A stretch of 63,346 nucleotides of DNA, the filler included, from Licmophora abbreviata (Eukaryota): NCBI GenBank assembly GCA_900291995.1. It is 28 parts of 28 records of this genome, joined end to end, with 100 filler letters (N's around TTAATTAATTAA, not from the genome) between each part and the next. Parts side by side here need not be neighbours in the genome. Positions count along the whole stretch, not along the records: positions 9,496 to 11,426 come from OLMU01002770.1; positions 11,527 to 14,460 come from OLMU01002771.1; positions 14,561 to 16,112 come from OLMU01002772.1; positions 16,213 to 17,382 come from OLMU01002773.1; positions 17,483 to 18,790 come from OLMU01002774.1; positions 18,891 to 20,814 come from OLMU01002775.1; positions 20,915 to 22,116 come from OLMU01002776.1; 21 more parts are not named here. The stretch is one strand, 5' to 3'. A program made the translations under genes and the position numbers. Below the pieces are notes generated by a model, which was given only the letters and a program-made list of their open reading frames with translations, was not told where the DNA came from and made no database searches. How positions within the stretch are numbered: the stretch's first letter is position 1; the number at the start of each line of letters is the position of its first letter. Shown here in pieces: positions 10,479 through 21,701 of this stretch.

Positions 10479-11878
10479 TTGCGGACAAGAATTGCAATCA
10501 GGCTTCACACCCTGCTCGAGCGGTTTTTCCCCGAGCGTCGGGTTTTCCTCAAATCTGATACAGATACCCGCTTCATCCGGCTCCGACCTCATTCACAACT
10601 TCTGGCCTTTCTCGGCGCCTCCGCCATCGTCGCCTGGGCCATCATCGCCACCGCGATCCTGCTGATGGACAGCATCGGCTCCGGTAATTTCCGCGAGCAG
10701 GCCAAGCGCGATCAGCGCACCTACGAATACCGCCTCAACGACCTCGCCCAGGAACGCGACATGCGCGCCGAAGAGGCTCTGGCCGCTCAGGAACGGTTCA
10801 ACTCCGCGCTCGAACAGATTTCCATCATGCAATCCGAATTGCTGGCCTCCGAAACCCGGCGCCGCGAAATGGAAACCGGCATCGAGGTCATTCAGACCAC
10901 TCTGCGCCGCGTGATGAGCGAGCGGGAAAACGCCCGCGATGAACTGACCGCCCTCGCCGAGGCCATGCAGGATTCCGGCGCAGCCCCCGGCGCCTCGGCC
11001 GAGGATGGCAACGGCACGGTCGATTTCCTCGCCGCCGCCCTCCAGGAAACCGCAGAAGAGCGTGACCAGATCGAGCGTGACGCGCGCGACGCGCTGCTGC
11101 AGGCCGATGAAATGGCCCTGCAGATCGCCCTGATGCGCGACCAGAACGATCAGATCTTCAGCCAGCTCGAAGACGCCATGACCATCTCGGTCGAACCGCT
11201 CGACAAGATGTTCCGCGCCGCGGGCATGGACACCGAAAAGCTGCTCGACACCGTGCGCCGCGGCTATTCCGGTCAGGGCGGACCGCTGACCCCACTCAGC
11301 CTCTCAACGCGCGGCGAAGCTCCCTCGGGTGACGAGGCGCGCGCCAATGAGATCCTCAATCAGATGGATCGGCTCAACATCTACCGGATCGCCGCCCAGA
11401 AAGCCCCCTTCGCCACGCCGCTGCGCNNNNNNNNNNNNNNNNNNNNNNNNNNNNNNNNNNNNNNNNNNNNTTAATTAATTAANNNNNNNNNNNNNNNNNN
11501 NNNNNNNNNNNNNNNNNNNNNNNNNNCACCTCCGGTTTCGGGAAACGCTGGGGCCGGATGCATGAGGGCACGGATTTCGCCGCTCCGCATGGCACGCCGA
11601 TCTATTCCACAGCCGATGGCGTCGTCATTCACGCGGGCTGGCTTTCGGGCTATGGCCGTCTGGTCAAGATCAAGCACGAGTTCGGAATCGAGACCCGCTA
11701 CGCCCATCTATCCAAAATCCACGTGACCGAAGGCCAAAGGGTCTCGCGCGGAGAGCGGATCGGTGATATGGGCAATACTGGACGTTCCACGGGCACACAT
11801 CTACACTACGAAGTCCGTGTCGGCGGCAAGGCCGTCAACCCCATGATCTATATCAAGGCTGCTAACGATGTTTTCTAA
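10479..11878 (+). CDS. M23 family metallopeptidase with N-terminal TM and coiled coil (gap inside)
   Basis: HEGTDFAA, TRYAHLS and STGTHLHYEV LytM motifs after the gap; coiled-coil N-terminal part. Confidence 0.9.
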
Positions 11879-12413
11879 AAGCAAAATCAACGATCCCGCC
11901 CCCAAGGCAGAAGATCCCAGACAGACCTCCACGCCTGACCGGTCAGCCGACACTTCCTATTCCGGCTCCGAATTCAAGGCATCGGCGCCCAAGGCCAAGC
12001 CGCCCGCGTCGGTCCTTTCGGCAGATCTGCACATCACCGGCAACCTCAAGACAACCGGCGATATTCAGGTCGAAGGCACCGTCGAAGGCGACATCCGTGC
12101 GCATCTTCTGACGGTCGGCGAAGGTGCCACCATCAAGGGTGAGATCGTCGCTGATGACGTGGTCATCAATGGCCGCATCGTCGGTCGCGTGCGCGGTCTC
12201 AAGGTCCGTCTGACCTCGACCGCCCGCGTCGAAGGCGACATCATCCACAAGACCATCGCTATCGAATCCGGCGCCCATTTCGAAGGCTCGGTGCAACGTC
12301 AGGACGATCCCCTGAACGCCAAGTCGAACGCGCCCAAAACGCCCGGCGCCTCGGCACCTGCTTCTGCCGCATCCACCAGCGCGCAGCAACCCGCCGCCAA
12401 GGCCGGCTCCTGA
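11868..12413 (+). CDS. Bactofilin (polymer-forming cytoskeletal protein)
   Basis: Repeated I/V-x-G beta-helix pattern, IESGAHFEG; overlaps the M23 gene as in the known M23-bactofilin pairing. Confidence 0.92.
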   Translation: MFSKSKINDPAPKAEDPRQTSTPDRSADTSYSGSEFKASAPKAKPPASVLSADLHITGNLKTTGDIQVEGTVEGDIRAHLLTVGEGATIKGEIVADDVVINGRIVGRVRGLKVRLTSTARVEGDIIHKTIAIESGAHFEGSVQRQDDPLNAKSNAPKTPGASAPASAASTSAQQPAAKAGS

Positions 12414-12445
12414 CGCGCCACGCGCGACAGGGACACCACACACGC

Positions 12446-12478
12446 AAAAGGCGCCCTGCTCCGCAGCGGCGCCTTTTT
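12446..12478. terminator. Probably bidirectional intrinsic terminator
   Basis: AAAAGGCGCCCTGC-TCC-GCAGCGGCGCCTTTTT hairpin between convergent genes. Confidence 0.75.
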
Positions 12479-12517
12479 CTTGTCTGGCACAAAGTCAACG
12501 CGCCGCGAATCGTCGGC

Positions 12518-13117
12518 TCAAGCCCCGCGCCGCTCGACCATCGCCGCGATCGCCATCGCGCCCACTGCCCCCACCGCGTTGAACACCAGATCGAGCGCCG
12601 TGTTGTAATACCCGCCCACATTCGTCTCGGGCACCATCAACACCGCGGTGAACTCGATCATCTCGTTGAGCGATCCAAGACCCATCGCACCGATCACCGG
12701 ATAGACAAGCGCCGTTGCACTTCCCGCCGTCCTCGGGAAATGCCGCAACAACAGATGCCGCAACAGCCACGCCGTCACCGCGAACCCATAGGCATGCACC
12801 AGTTGATCGTATTTCAGGATGACATAGTTTTCCGTCTCGACCAGCGTGACCAGCACCAGATTATAAAGCACCGACCCATCGACCGGCACCCCGCCGCCCG
12901 CCATATGCGCCAGCCCCCAGACCGACAGCGCCCAAAGCATCGCCGCCGGATAGGCCGCCTTGCGCAGCGACAGCCCGATCATCGCCACAAGGCAGATCAT
13001 CGTGACGACATAGACGATGAATTCGCTATTGCCGATCGACAGGAACCACAGGGTGAACGCTACGACATAGCTTGCCGTGAAGGCGGCGACGGCGGTTTCG
13101 GATCGGGTCAGTGGCAT
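12518..13117 (-). CDS. Integral membrane protein (DUF2238/YjdF-like)
   Basis: TM helices with HMAGG, YDQLVHAYG, NEMIEF and YYNTALDL motifs. Confidence 0.6.
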   Translation of the reverse strand: MPLTRSETAVAAFTASYVVAFTLWFLSIGNSEFIVYVVTMICLVAMIGLSLRKAAYPAAMLWALSVWGLAHMAGGGVPVDGSVLYNLVLVTLVETENYVILKYDQLVHAYGFAVTAWLLRHLLLRHFPRTAGSATALVYPVIGAMGLGSLNEMIEFTAVLMVPETNVGGYYNTALDLVFNAVGAVGAMAIAAMVERRGA

Positions 13118-13251
13118 CGGTGAACCTCACCCTTCGACTGCGCTGCGGCGGGCGTTTGTGTACGGAAGGGACACAAATGCGGTCGGTCAGCCGTTGTTCG
13201 GTCCCAAACCCGTGTAGGTTTTGTACGAACCCTACACTTTTTCGGGCTGCC

Positions 13252-13836
13252 TCACGCCTCCAGTTCGGCATCCCAATAGAGGAAATCCAGCCAGCTTTCA
13301 TGCAGGTGATTGGGCGGAAACTTGCGGCCCATATTACGCAACTGCTCCGCTCCGGGCTGGCGCGGCGGCTTTTGCAGGCTCATCCCCGCTTGCCGTAAGC
13401 TCTTGGAACCCTTGCGCAAATTGCATTTGCTACAGGCCGCAACCACGTTCTCCCAACTGGTGATTCCCCCGCTCGCGCGCGGCACCACATGGTCGAAGGT
13501 CAAATCCCCCTTCGCCCCGCAATACTGACAACAGAACTCATCGCGCAGAAAAAGATTGAACCTCGTAAACGCAACTCGTTTCTGCGGCTTCACAAAATCC
13601 TTCAAAACGATCACGCTCGGGATGCGAATCTCGGTGCTTGGACTGCGCACCGTGTGCTCATATTCTGCAACGATATCAACACGATCAAGGTAGACCGCCT
13701 TGACGGCATCCTGCCAGGACCAGAGCGACAAAGGGTAATAGGACAAGGGCCGAAAATCAGCATTCAGAACCAGCGCAGGATTCTGTCTCAGTGCCGCCGG
13801 TTCCCGGACGAACTCGGTTCTGAATTCACCGTCCAT
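13252..13836 (-). CDS. HNH endonuclease (McrA-like, conserved alphaproteobacterial type)
   Basis: LVLNADFRPL, RFNLFLRDEFCCQYCG, LTFDHVVPRASGG, WENVVAACSKCNLRKG. Confidence 0.93.
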   Translation of the reverse strand: MDGEFRTEFVREPAALRQNPALVLNADFRPLSYYPLSLWSWQDAVKAVYLDRVDIVAEYEHTVRSPSTEIRIPSVIVLKDFVKPQKRVAFTRFNLFLRDEFCCQYCGAKGDLTFDHVVPRASGGITSWENVVAACSKCNLRKGSKSLRQAGMSLQKPPRQPGAEQLRNMGRKFPPNHLHESWLDFLYWDAELEA

Positions 13837-13903
13837 CTTTCATACAGCCCCCGCTCGATCCATGCCCTAAGCCGACCTTGGGACGGGACTCGCCGCCCCT
13901 TTC

Positions 13904-14010
13904 TGTGGATAACTATATATCGTGTTCGTCACCTGACAAGCCCCACATATTCGGCAGATATAGGGGATGCGTAATCCGCCCTCGTAACGCCAATATGACA
14001 CTTATCCACA
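13904..14010. promoter_or_regulatory. Two perfect DnaA boxes plus NrdR-like boxes upstream of the HNH gene
   Basis: TGTGGATAA at 13904-13912 and TTATCCACA at 14002-14010; TAACTATATATCGTGT at 13910-13925 resembles the NrdR consensus. Confidence 0.55.
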
Positions 14011-14091
14011 GGTTTTCCCGGCCCTGCCCGGGCTTGACCCGGTGCCACCCTGTGCGCCAAGCTGGCTCCGCACCCACGTCGAGGCCATGCC

Positions 14092-14594
14092 ATGACCGAC
14101 AGAAGTTTGCCCCCAGCCCCCGCTCCCGACGCGATTCTCGAGGCATCTCTTTATGCGCAAGACCTTGACTCTGCTCGGATTTTCTATGGCAGCGTGTTGG
14201 GATTGCCCGAAATTGTGTATGCCGAGGGGCGGCATGTGTTCTACCGTGTCGGGCCAACGATCCTGTTGATCTTCAACCCGGACGCCACCGCCCAAGGCAG
14301 CACCGATCCCGCCATGCCCGTCCCCGGCCACGGCGCCCACGGCCCCGGCCACCTGTGTCTTTCCGCCACGCCCGACCAGATCGACACATGGCGCACACGC
14401 CTCATCGCCACCGGCCACCAGATCGACGCCGATTTTCAATGGCCCAACGGCGCACGGTCCNNNNNNNNNNNNNNNNNNNNNNNNNNNNNNNNNNNNNNNN
14501 NNNNTTAATTAATTAANNNNNNNNNNNNNNNNNNNNNNNNNNNNNNNNNNNNNNNNNNNNACTGGAATTTGCCGAACCCCGTCTCTGGGGTTGA
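14092..14594 (+). CDS. VOC/glyoxalase family protein (gap inside)
   Basis: ILEASLYAQDLDSARIFYGSVLGL, HGAHGPGHLCL; C-terminus LEFAEPRLWG* read after the gap. Confidence 0.85.
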
Positions 14595-14598
14595 CCCC

Positions 14599-15264
14599 TC
14601 AGAAATTCATTTTGTCGCGCATGAAGGCCAGCGCCACCTGCAGCCCATCCGGCGCGATGCCATGCGCGGTGCCCTTCATGACATGCGCATAGACATCCTT
14701 CCACCCCGCCGCCTGCAACGCCTCGGCGGCCTGCGGCAAGGATTGCGGCGGCACCACGTCATCGGCATCGCCGTGAATCAGAATCACAGGCGGTCTCGAA
14801 ACCGCCTCATCCTCCAACAATTCAGGCCGCAAAAGCCGGCCCGAGAAGGCAACGATGCCCGCCACCGGATCCTCCCGGCGCGGCGCGACATGCAGGGCCA
14901 TCATCGTTCCCTGACTGAACCCGAACAGAACAACCTGCTCGGGCATCACATCCTCATCCACCATCAGCGCATCGAGAAACGCGTTCAGATCATCCGCCGC
15001 CGCCAACAGCCCGCGCTCGGATTCCTCTTCGGACGAGCCGTCGATCCAGGGGATCGGAAACCACTGATATCCCGTCGGCATCATCGGGATCGTCTCGGGC
15101 GCGTCCGGCGCCACGAAGAGCGTGTCCGGCAGATGCTCGGCCAGCACATCGGCAATCCCCAAAAGATCCGCCCCGTTCGCGCCATACCCATGCAGGAACA
15201 CCACGACCGAGCGGGTTGTTCCTGAATGTGGCTCCTTGCGGCCCGCCTGCAATACGCGTGTCAT
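14599..15264 (-). CDS. Phospholipase/carboxylesterase (alpha/beta hydrolase)
   Basis: LHGYGANG, GFSQG nucleophile elbow, HGDADDVVP, HGI. Confidence 0.9.
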   Translation of the reverse strand: MTRVLQAGRKEPHSGTTRSVVVFLHGYGANGADLLGIADVLAEHLPDTLFVAPDAPETIPMMPTGYQWFPIPWIDGSSEEESERGLLAAADDLNAFLDALMVDEDVMPEQVVLFGFSQGTMMALHVAPRREDPVAGIVAFSGRLLRPELLEDEAVSRPPVILIHGDADDVVPPQSLPQAAEALQAAGWKDVYAHVMKGTAHGIAPDGLQVALAFMRDKMNF

Positions 15265-15356
15265 CTGGTTAATATCCCCTCTGTTTCACAAGCGCATCGC
15301 ACAGCGCAGGTCATCGCGCAATATCGCGCGGTTCATTTCGGCACGCGCCCGAGCAC

Positions 15357-15986
15357 CTAACGTATCCCCTCACGCCTGATGCGCTGCGCGTAATAGGCCC
15401 ACAAGATCCGCGCCGCCACCGATCTCCAGGGGCTCCACGCCTCGGACATACTGCGCAGCGCGCGTTCATTCGGCCGTTCCGGCAAGTCGTAAAGAAGCCT
15501 CGCGCCCTCCTGCAAAGCCAGATCACCTGGCGCGAACACGTCCGCCCGCCCGAGACTGAACATCGCATAGATCTCGGCGGTCCAGACCCCGATGCCCGGC
15601 ACTTCGGTCAGAGTCTCGATGACCTGCTCTGTCGGCGCATCGCGCAAGGCGCGGTAATCGATCCGCGCCGCGGCCAGTGCGCGGGCATAGCGGATCTTCT
15701 GCCGGCTCAGCCCGGCGGCGCGCAGGTCATCATCGCTGGCCCACAGGATCTTGCGCGGCCCGGTCAGCTTTGCGCCCTTCATCCGCGACCAGATCGCATC
15801 GGCTGCCGCGACACTGACCTGCTGAGTGACGATTGCATTGAGAAGCTGTTCGAACCCGTCCTGTCGCCGCCGCAGCGGCAGCGGCGCGGTCAGATCATGG
15901 GCATGGGCCATGCGGGGACAGGCCGCGCGCAGATGGGCTGCACCTTCTTCGACATCGTCGAGCGTTTCGATGATGCGCCCGGTCAC
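15357..15986 (-). CDS. DNA-3-methyladenine glycosylase II family (HhH-GPD)
   Basis: IVTQQVS, GLSRQK, VPGIGVWTAE HhH motif, DVFAPGDL, WSPWRSVAA. Confidence 0.9.
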   Translation of the reverse strand: MTGRIIETLDDVEEGAAHLRAACPRMAHAHDLTAPLPLRRRQDGFEQLLNAIVTQQVSVAAADAIWSRMKGAKLTGPRKILWASDDDLRAAGLSRQKIRYARALAAARIDYRALRDAPTEQVIETLTEVPGIGVWTAEIYAMFSLGRADVFAPGDLALQEGARLLYDLPERPNERALRSMSEAWSPWRSVAARILWAYYAQRIRREGIR

Positions 15987-16735
15987 AGCCTTGCCACCCA
16001 GTCCAGCGCCTGACGGGCGGTTTCGACCCTGAACGCATCAGGTTGTCGCGGTCGGTTGAGCATGACCACAGGAATAGCAAGCTGACGCGCGGCATGCAAT
16101 TTCGTGCGCGGCNNNNNNNNNNNNNNNNNNNNNNNNNNNNNNNNNNNNNNNNNNNNTTAATTAATTAANNNNNNNNNNNNNNNNNNNNNNNNNNNNNNNN
16201 NNNNNNNNNNNNCAAAGGGCGGCCGCCCGATCAGGAATTCGCCATTGGGAAAGGGAAAAGGCGCTTCGGGCGGGTCGATCTGGCGGCAGATCAAGCGACA
16301 GGACGAAAGATTGGCGAAGCAGGCAAGGGTTTGCCGTCCGGTGGCAAGAAACACCGTAGAGCCCGGCGCGACATGATCGGCGGCCTGTTCCTCGTGATCC
16401 AGCATGGTCCAGTCATCGCCTGTCTCAGGCTCCCAGGCGGGGCGCAGCACCTGACAATAGGGCAGCCCCAGCTCGTGACATATCCGGGCGCTTCGCGCGC
16501 TGATCCGATGCGCGAAAGGATGCGTGGCGTCCAGCACCGCGCTGATTCCTGCATCGGTCAGATAGGCCCGAAAGCCCTCGGTGCCGCCAAATCCGCCGAT
16601 CCGCGTGGGCAATCCGGTGGGTTTGGGTGCCCGTGTCGCCCCCGCCAGAGACGCGATGGCGGCACTGCCCTCGGCGGCCAGTTCGCGCGCGATCATCTGC
16701 GCCTCGCCGGTGCCGGCCAGCAAGAGCAGCGTCAT
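15983..16735 (-). CDS. cobK: Precorrin-6A/cobalt-precorrin-6A reductase (gap inside)
   Basis: MTLLLLAGTGEA, RIGGFGG, DATHPFA; C-terminus KLHAARQLAIPVVMLNRP...ALDWVARL* read at 15983-16112. Confidence 0.92.
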
Positions 16736-17870
16736 GCGCCGGCCCTCGCGATGATCCGGCCCTCGCGATCGATCACGACGGTATCCGCGACCACCTCTGC
16801 GGGAAGCATTGCGCGCACATTGCCCAACGCCGCGCGGGCGACCCAATCAGCCATCGGCGCGCCGACACTGTCATAGGCTTGCAATGCGGTGTTCATGAAG
16901 GCCAGATCAGGCATCGCAAGCACTTTGGCCAATTGGTCGAAATCCACCTGACTGCGGCCTGAATGCAGATCGCGCGCCCCTTGGGCGAGCTTCGTCATCT
17001 TGCCGATGCCGCCCCCGATCGTGACGCGCGGCACGGGATGTTTGGCCAGATATTTGAGCAACCCGCCGACAAAATCCCCCATATCCAGCATCGCGGTATC
17101 GGGCAGACCATAGAGCGCCTGCACGGTCTTTTCGCTGGTCGCCCCGGTGCAGCCCGCCACATGGCTGTGGCCCGCAGCACAGGCCACGTCTATCCCGCGA
17201 TGGATCGAGGCAATCCACGCAGCACAAGAGAACGGCCGCACGATGCCCGTGGTCCCGAGGATCGAAATACCCCCCTTGATGCCAAGCCGCGGATTCCATG
17301 TCTTCTGCGCAAGCGCCTGCCCGCCGGGCACCGAAATCGTGATCTCGATATCGGGAGATTCAGACAGGCGTTCGGCCATGTCNNNNNNNNNNNNNNNNNN
17401 NNNNNNNNNNNNNNNNNNNNNNNNNNTTAATTAATTAANNNNNNNNNNNNNNNNNNNNNNNNNNNNNNNNNNNNNNNNNNNNTTTGGGTCATCATCTGTC
17501 GCGGCACGGGATTGATTGCAGGCTCGCCCGGCGCGATGGGAAGGCCGGGCATGGTCACGGTGCCCACACCATCGCCCGCGCGGAACACCACGCCACCGCT
17601 CGATACTGCCACTCGGGCCTTGATGAGCGCGCCATGGGTCACGTCCGGATCGTCGCCCGCATCCTTGATGACCCCCGCCTCGGCCCAGCCATCGCCCTGC
17701 CGAGCCTCGACGATCTCGAACTCGGGCGTCTCGCCCCGTGGCAGGGTGATACGGACCCTAGAGGGCCGCCCCTCGCCCCATAGCATCATCAGCGCCGCGC
17801 GCAGGGCGGCGGTGGCACAGGCGCCCGTGGTCCAGCCACGGCGCAGCTCCTTGGCGGGTTTGCGGCTCAT
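16732..17870 (-). CDS. cbiD: Cobalt-precorrin-5B C1-methyltransferase (gap inside)
   Basis: LRRGWTTGACATAA, KDAGDDPDVTHG, NPRLGIKGGISILGTTGIV. Confidence 0.95.
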
Positions 17871-18012
17871 GTCAGGCGGACTATAGGCCCGCCTCCGGGC
17901 AAGGCCAATTGGCAAATTTCCCGTCTTGGCATATGCCGGATGTCGCAGCGCACAGGGCTCCATGTCGTTTGCAACCTTTCGCGCGCGCCCAAGTCAGGGC
18001 ATACAGAAATCC

Positions 18013-18790
18013 ATGAGCGATTCACTTTCCCTTCCCCAGGCCGACTGGCCCGTCCTGCAGCCCGGCTGGGTCTGGCTTTGCGGTGCCGGCCCCGGCGATC
18101 CCGGCTTACTGACCCTGCATGCCGTCAACGCGCTGCGTCAGGCCGACGTCGTGATCTATGACGCGCTGGTGCAAGAGGCGATCCTAGATTGGGCACCGCA
18201 GGCCGAGCGAATCTATGCCGGTAAACGCGGCGGCAAACCCTCGGCCAAGCAGCGCGACATCTCGCTGCGGCTGGTGGATATGGCGCGCGCAGGCAAGCGG
18301 GTGCTGCGGCTCAAGGGGGGCGATCCCTTTGTTTTCGGGCGCGGCGGAGAAGAGGCGCAGACGCTGGTCCAACACGGCGTGCCGATCCGCATCATTCCCG
18401 GCATCAGCGCCGGAATCGGCGGGCTGGCCTATGCCGGCATCCCGGTCACGCATCGCGATGTGAACCAGTCGGTCACCTTCGTCACCGGTCATGATCAGTC
18501 CGGGCAAACGCCTTCATCGCTGGACTGGGAGGCGATCGCCCGCGGCAGCCAGGTGATCGTGATCTACATGGGCATGAAACACGTGGAGCGCATCGCCGGT
18601 GCACTGATGGAGGCGGGCCGCCCGGGCAATGAGCCCTGCGCGGTCGTCTGTGCCGCCACCACCGGCGATCAGGATGTGCTGGAGACCACTCTGGAGCGCA
18701 TGGCCACCGATATCGCGGCAAGCCAGCTCGAGCCGCCGGCGATCCTCTGCGTCGGACGGTCGGTCCTGATGCGCCAAGTGCTGGACTGGC
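18013..18790 (+). CDS. cobA: Uroporphyrinogen-III C-methyltransferase, 3' end in gap
   Basis: GAGPGDPGLLT, RLKGGDPFVFGRGGEE, GIPVTHR. Confidence 0.95.
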
Positions 18791-18890
18791 NNNNNNNNNN
18801 NNNNNNNNNNNNNNNNNNNNNNNNNNNNNNNNNNTTAATTAATTAANNNNNNNNNNNNNNNNNNNNNNNNNNNNNNNNNNNNNNNNNNNN

Positions 18891-19983
18891 CGTCAATCTC
18901 GATGCCTGGGCGATGACGCCCGAGCGGATCCGCGCGCTGGCCGCAGGCGACGGGCTGCTGCTCATCGAAGGCGCCATGGGGCTTTTCGACGGCGCGCCCC
19001 CGGATGGGCGCGGTGCCGTGGCCGATCTTGCCCGGCACTTGGCCCTGCCGGTGGTGCTGGTGGTCGATGCAGGCCGTATGGCGCAGTCTGTCGCAGCCCT
19101 AGTGGCGGGGTTTGCGGGGCATGATCCGGATGTGCATGTAGCGGGCGTGATCCTGAACAATGTAGGCTCGGAGCGGCATGAGCGGATGCTGCGCACGGCC
19201 CTCGGGAGCATGCCGGTTCTGGGAGCCGTGCGGCGCGATCCGGATCTCGCGCTGCCGTCGCGGCATCTGGGACTGGTGCAGGCCGCGGAGCGCGCCGATC
19301 TCGAGACGTTTCTGGAGCGCGCGGCGGATATCGTGGCGGACCGGATCGACATCGACGCGCTTGTCGCTCTCGCAGCCCCGATCGGTCCTGCGCCACAGGC
19401 AGGGCGCATCGATCCCCCCGCGCAGGTGATCGCGGTAGCCAAGGACGAGGCCTTTGCCTTTTGCTATCCGCACATGCTGGAGGATTGGCACAGCCAGGGC
19501 GCCGAGGTGAAGGTCTTTTCGCCGCTGGCCGACAACCCCGTGCCGGAGGCCGGTTTCGTCTTTCTGCCCGGCGGCTATCCCGAACTGCATGCAGGCCGGA
19601 TCGCAGGCGCGCAAAGGTTCATTCAAAGCCTGAGAAACGCATCCCAAAAATCTGATATATATGGAGAATGTGGAGGATACATGGTCCTGGGAGAAGGGCT
19701 AATCGATGCCGAGGGTACACGGCATGCCATGGCCGGGCTCTTGCGGCTGGAGACCAGTTTCCAACAGCGCCGCCTGCATCTGGGATATCGCCGCCTGACA
19801 CCGCATGCAGGCCCCTTCCAGTGCCCGCTCATGGCGCATGAGTTCCACTATGCCACCACGCTCAGCGCCAAGGGCGCACCGCTCTTCACCAGCACGGATG
19901 CCGAAGGTCAGGTGCTTGGAGAGACCGGGCTTGTCGAGGGCCGGGTGACCGGATCATTCGCCCATGTGATCGACCGGGGCTGA
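18891..19983 (+). CDS. cobB: Cobyrinate/hydrogenobyrinate a,c-diamide synthase, 5' end in gap
   Basis: EGAMGLFDG, PSRHLGLV, GGYPEL, YGECGGYMVLG, HEFHY. Confidence 0.95.
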
Positions 19984-20036
19984 GAGCCGCACCGCGATGC
20001 TTGCGCGGCTGAACGAATAGGTCTAGCAGAGCGATT

Positions 20037-20814
20037 ATGACCGACGCAGCCCTTCCTCATGACGACAGCCGCGCCAAGCGCAATGTCGCCGTTCTGACTG
20101 CCGCTCAGGCCTTTCTGGGTGCGCAAATGGCCATGATCTTCGTGGTTGGTGGATTGGCCGGGCAATCTCTGGCCAGCAATGTCTGTTTTGCCACGCTGCC
20201 CATATCGCTGATCGTGCTCGGCTCGATGCTGGCGGCCAATCCGCTGTCATGGTTCATGCAGCGCGCAGGCCGCAAGGCGGGGTTCCTCGTCGGGGCGGGC
20301 GCAGGCGCGCTTGGCGCGGCGATCGGGGCTTATGGCCTGTATCTTGCGTCTTTCCCCATATTCCTTTTGGGAAGCCTTATCACCGGCGTCTACATGTCCG
20401 CGCAGGGCTTCTACCGCTTCGCCGCCGCAGACACGGCAAGCGAGGCATTTCGCCCCAAGGCCATTTCCTATGTCATGGCCGGTGGTCTGGCGAGTGCGAT
20501 CATCGGCCCGCAACTGGTCAAGGTCACCAGTCAGGCCATGGTCATCCCTTTCATGGGCACCTATTTCGCGGTGGTCGTGTTGAACCTCGTGGGCGCGCTT
20601 TTGTTCCTGATGCTCGACATTCCGAAGCCGCCCGTGCCCTCCGAGGATGCCCCGCATGGACGCACCCGGTGGGAGTTGATCACCACGCCGCGCATCGCCG
20701 TGGCGGTGATCTGCGCGATGGTGTCCTACGCGCTGATGAACCTCGTGATGACATCCACGCCGCTCGCGGTCGTGGGGTGCGGCTTCACCGAAGGCAATGC
20801 GGCCGACATCGTCA
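20037..20814 (+). CDS. MFS transporter, 3' end in gap
   Basis: TM helices, GRKAGF loop, YRFAAAD, KAISYVMAGG. Confidence 0.85.
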
Positions 20815-20914
20815 NNNNNNNNNNNNNNNNNNNNNNNNNNNNNNNNNNNNNNNNNNNNTTAATTAATTAANNNNNNNNNNNNNNNNNNNNNNNNNNNNNN
20901 NNNNNNNNNNNNNN

Positions 20915-21643
20915 CATCGGCGCTACGTCAAGTCGCCCTTCGGCCACGCGCCCCGGATCCCGCGCCGCCCGCGACAGAACCGGACCCGCAAGCCAGAGCG
21001 GCAGCAGCGCCGGACGCACTGCCCTTGGCACGGCGTTGCGCTGCGCGCGGGCCTCCGCCAGCGCCTGCAAGCCCTCATTAGCCAGTGCGCGCACGGCCTG
21101 AGGCGTGCCCTCGACCAGGGGAATGCGCCCCGCCTTCTCCAGTGCCGGGACCGCCCGCAACCAGTTCGCGATCCCAAGCGCGCGCCCGGCCTGAAGGACA
21201 GGCTCCCGGGGAACCGGCCCAAGCGCGCGCGCCGCCGCCAGCATCAGATGGCCCGACGTCGCATCGATATAATCTCGGAAATGGCTCATATCCTCGAACG
21301 GATCGCGGTAGATATCCCACCGCCGCATCTCGACCAACCGATCAAGCAGGGTCGCCCCCTCGGCGTCCAGCACATGCGCCAGCGGGGTGACGACCTCATG
21401 CCGGCGCACCACGCCGCGATCCCGGATCTCGGCCAGCGCGTCGCGCCACCATTGCAGACGCATTTCCGCGATCATGCTTTCCTGTGTCACCCATGGTGCG
21501 CGGCTGACCTCGATATTGAAGGCGTAGATCGCAAAGAGCGCCGGCCGCGCCGGTACCGGGGCGGCCATCGTCGCGGCAAATCGCTCAGGGTCGCCCCGTT
21601 CCACGGCCTGTGCACAGGCGACAAGATCATCGTCGAACGTCAT
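20915..21643 (-). CDS. Squalene/phytoene synthase family protein (NDUFAF6-like), 3' end in gap
   Basis: ALFAIYAFNIEVSRAP, IAEMRLQWWRD. Confidence 0.85.
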
Positions 21644-21701
21644 GGCATCCCAATCGGACAGGCGCAGGTGGTGGCCGGGATTGGTCGCGCGCAGCTCATG
21701 C

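Noticed and set aside
13252..13836. HNH gene as a homing endonuclease, restriction or CRISPR-associated nuclease
   Set aside because: No intron, methyltransferase, array or inverted repeats nearby; looks like the stand-alone alphaproteobacterial type.
13904..14010. Replication origin
   Set aside because: Only two DnaA boxes, no extended AT-rich unwinding element and none of the usual oriC neighbours; kept as a regulatory finding.
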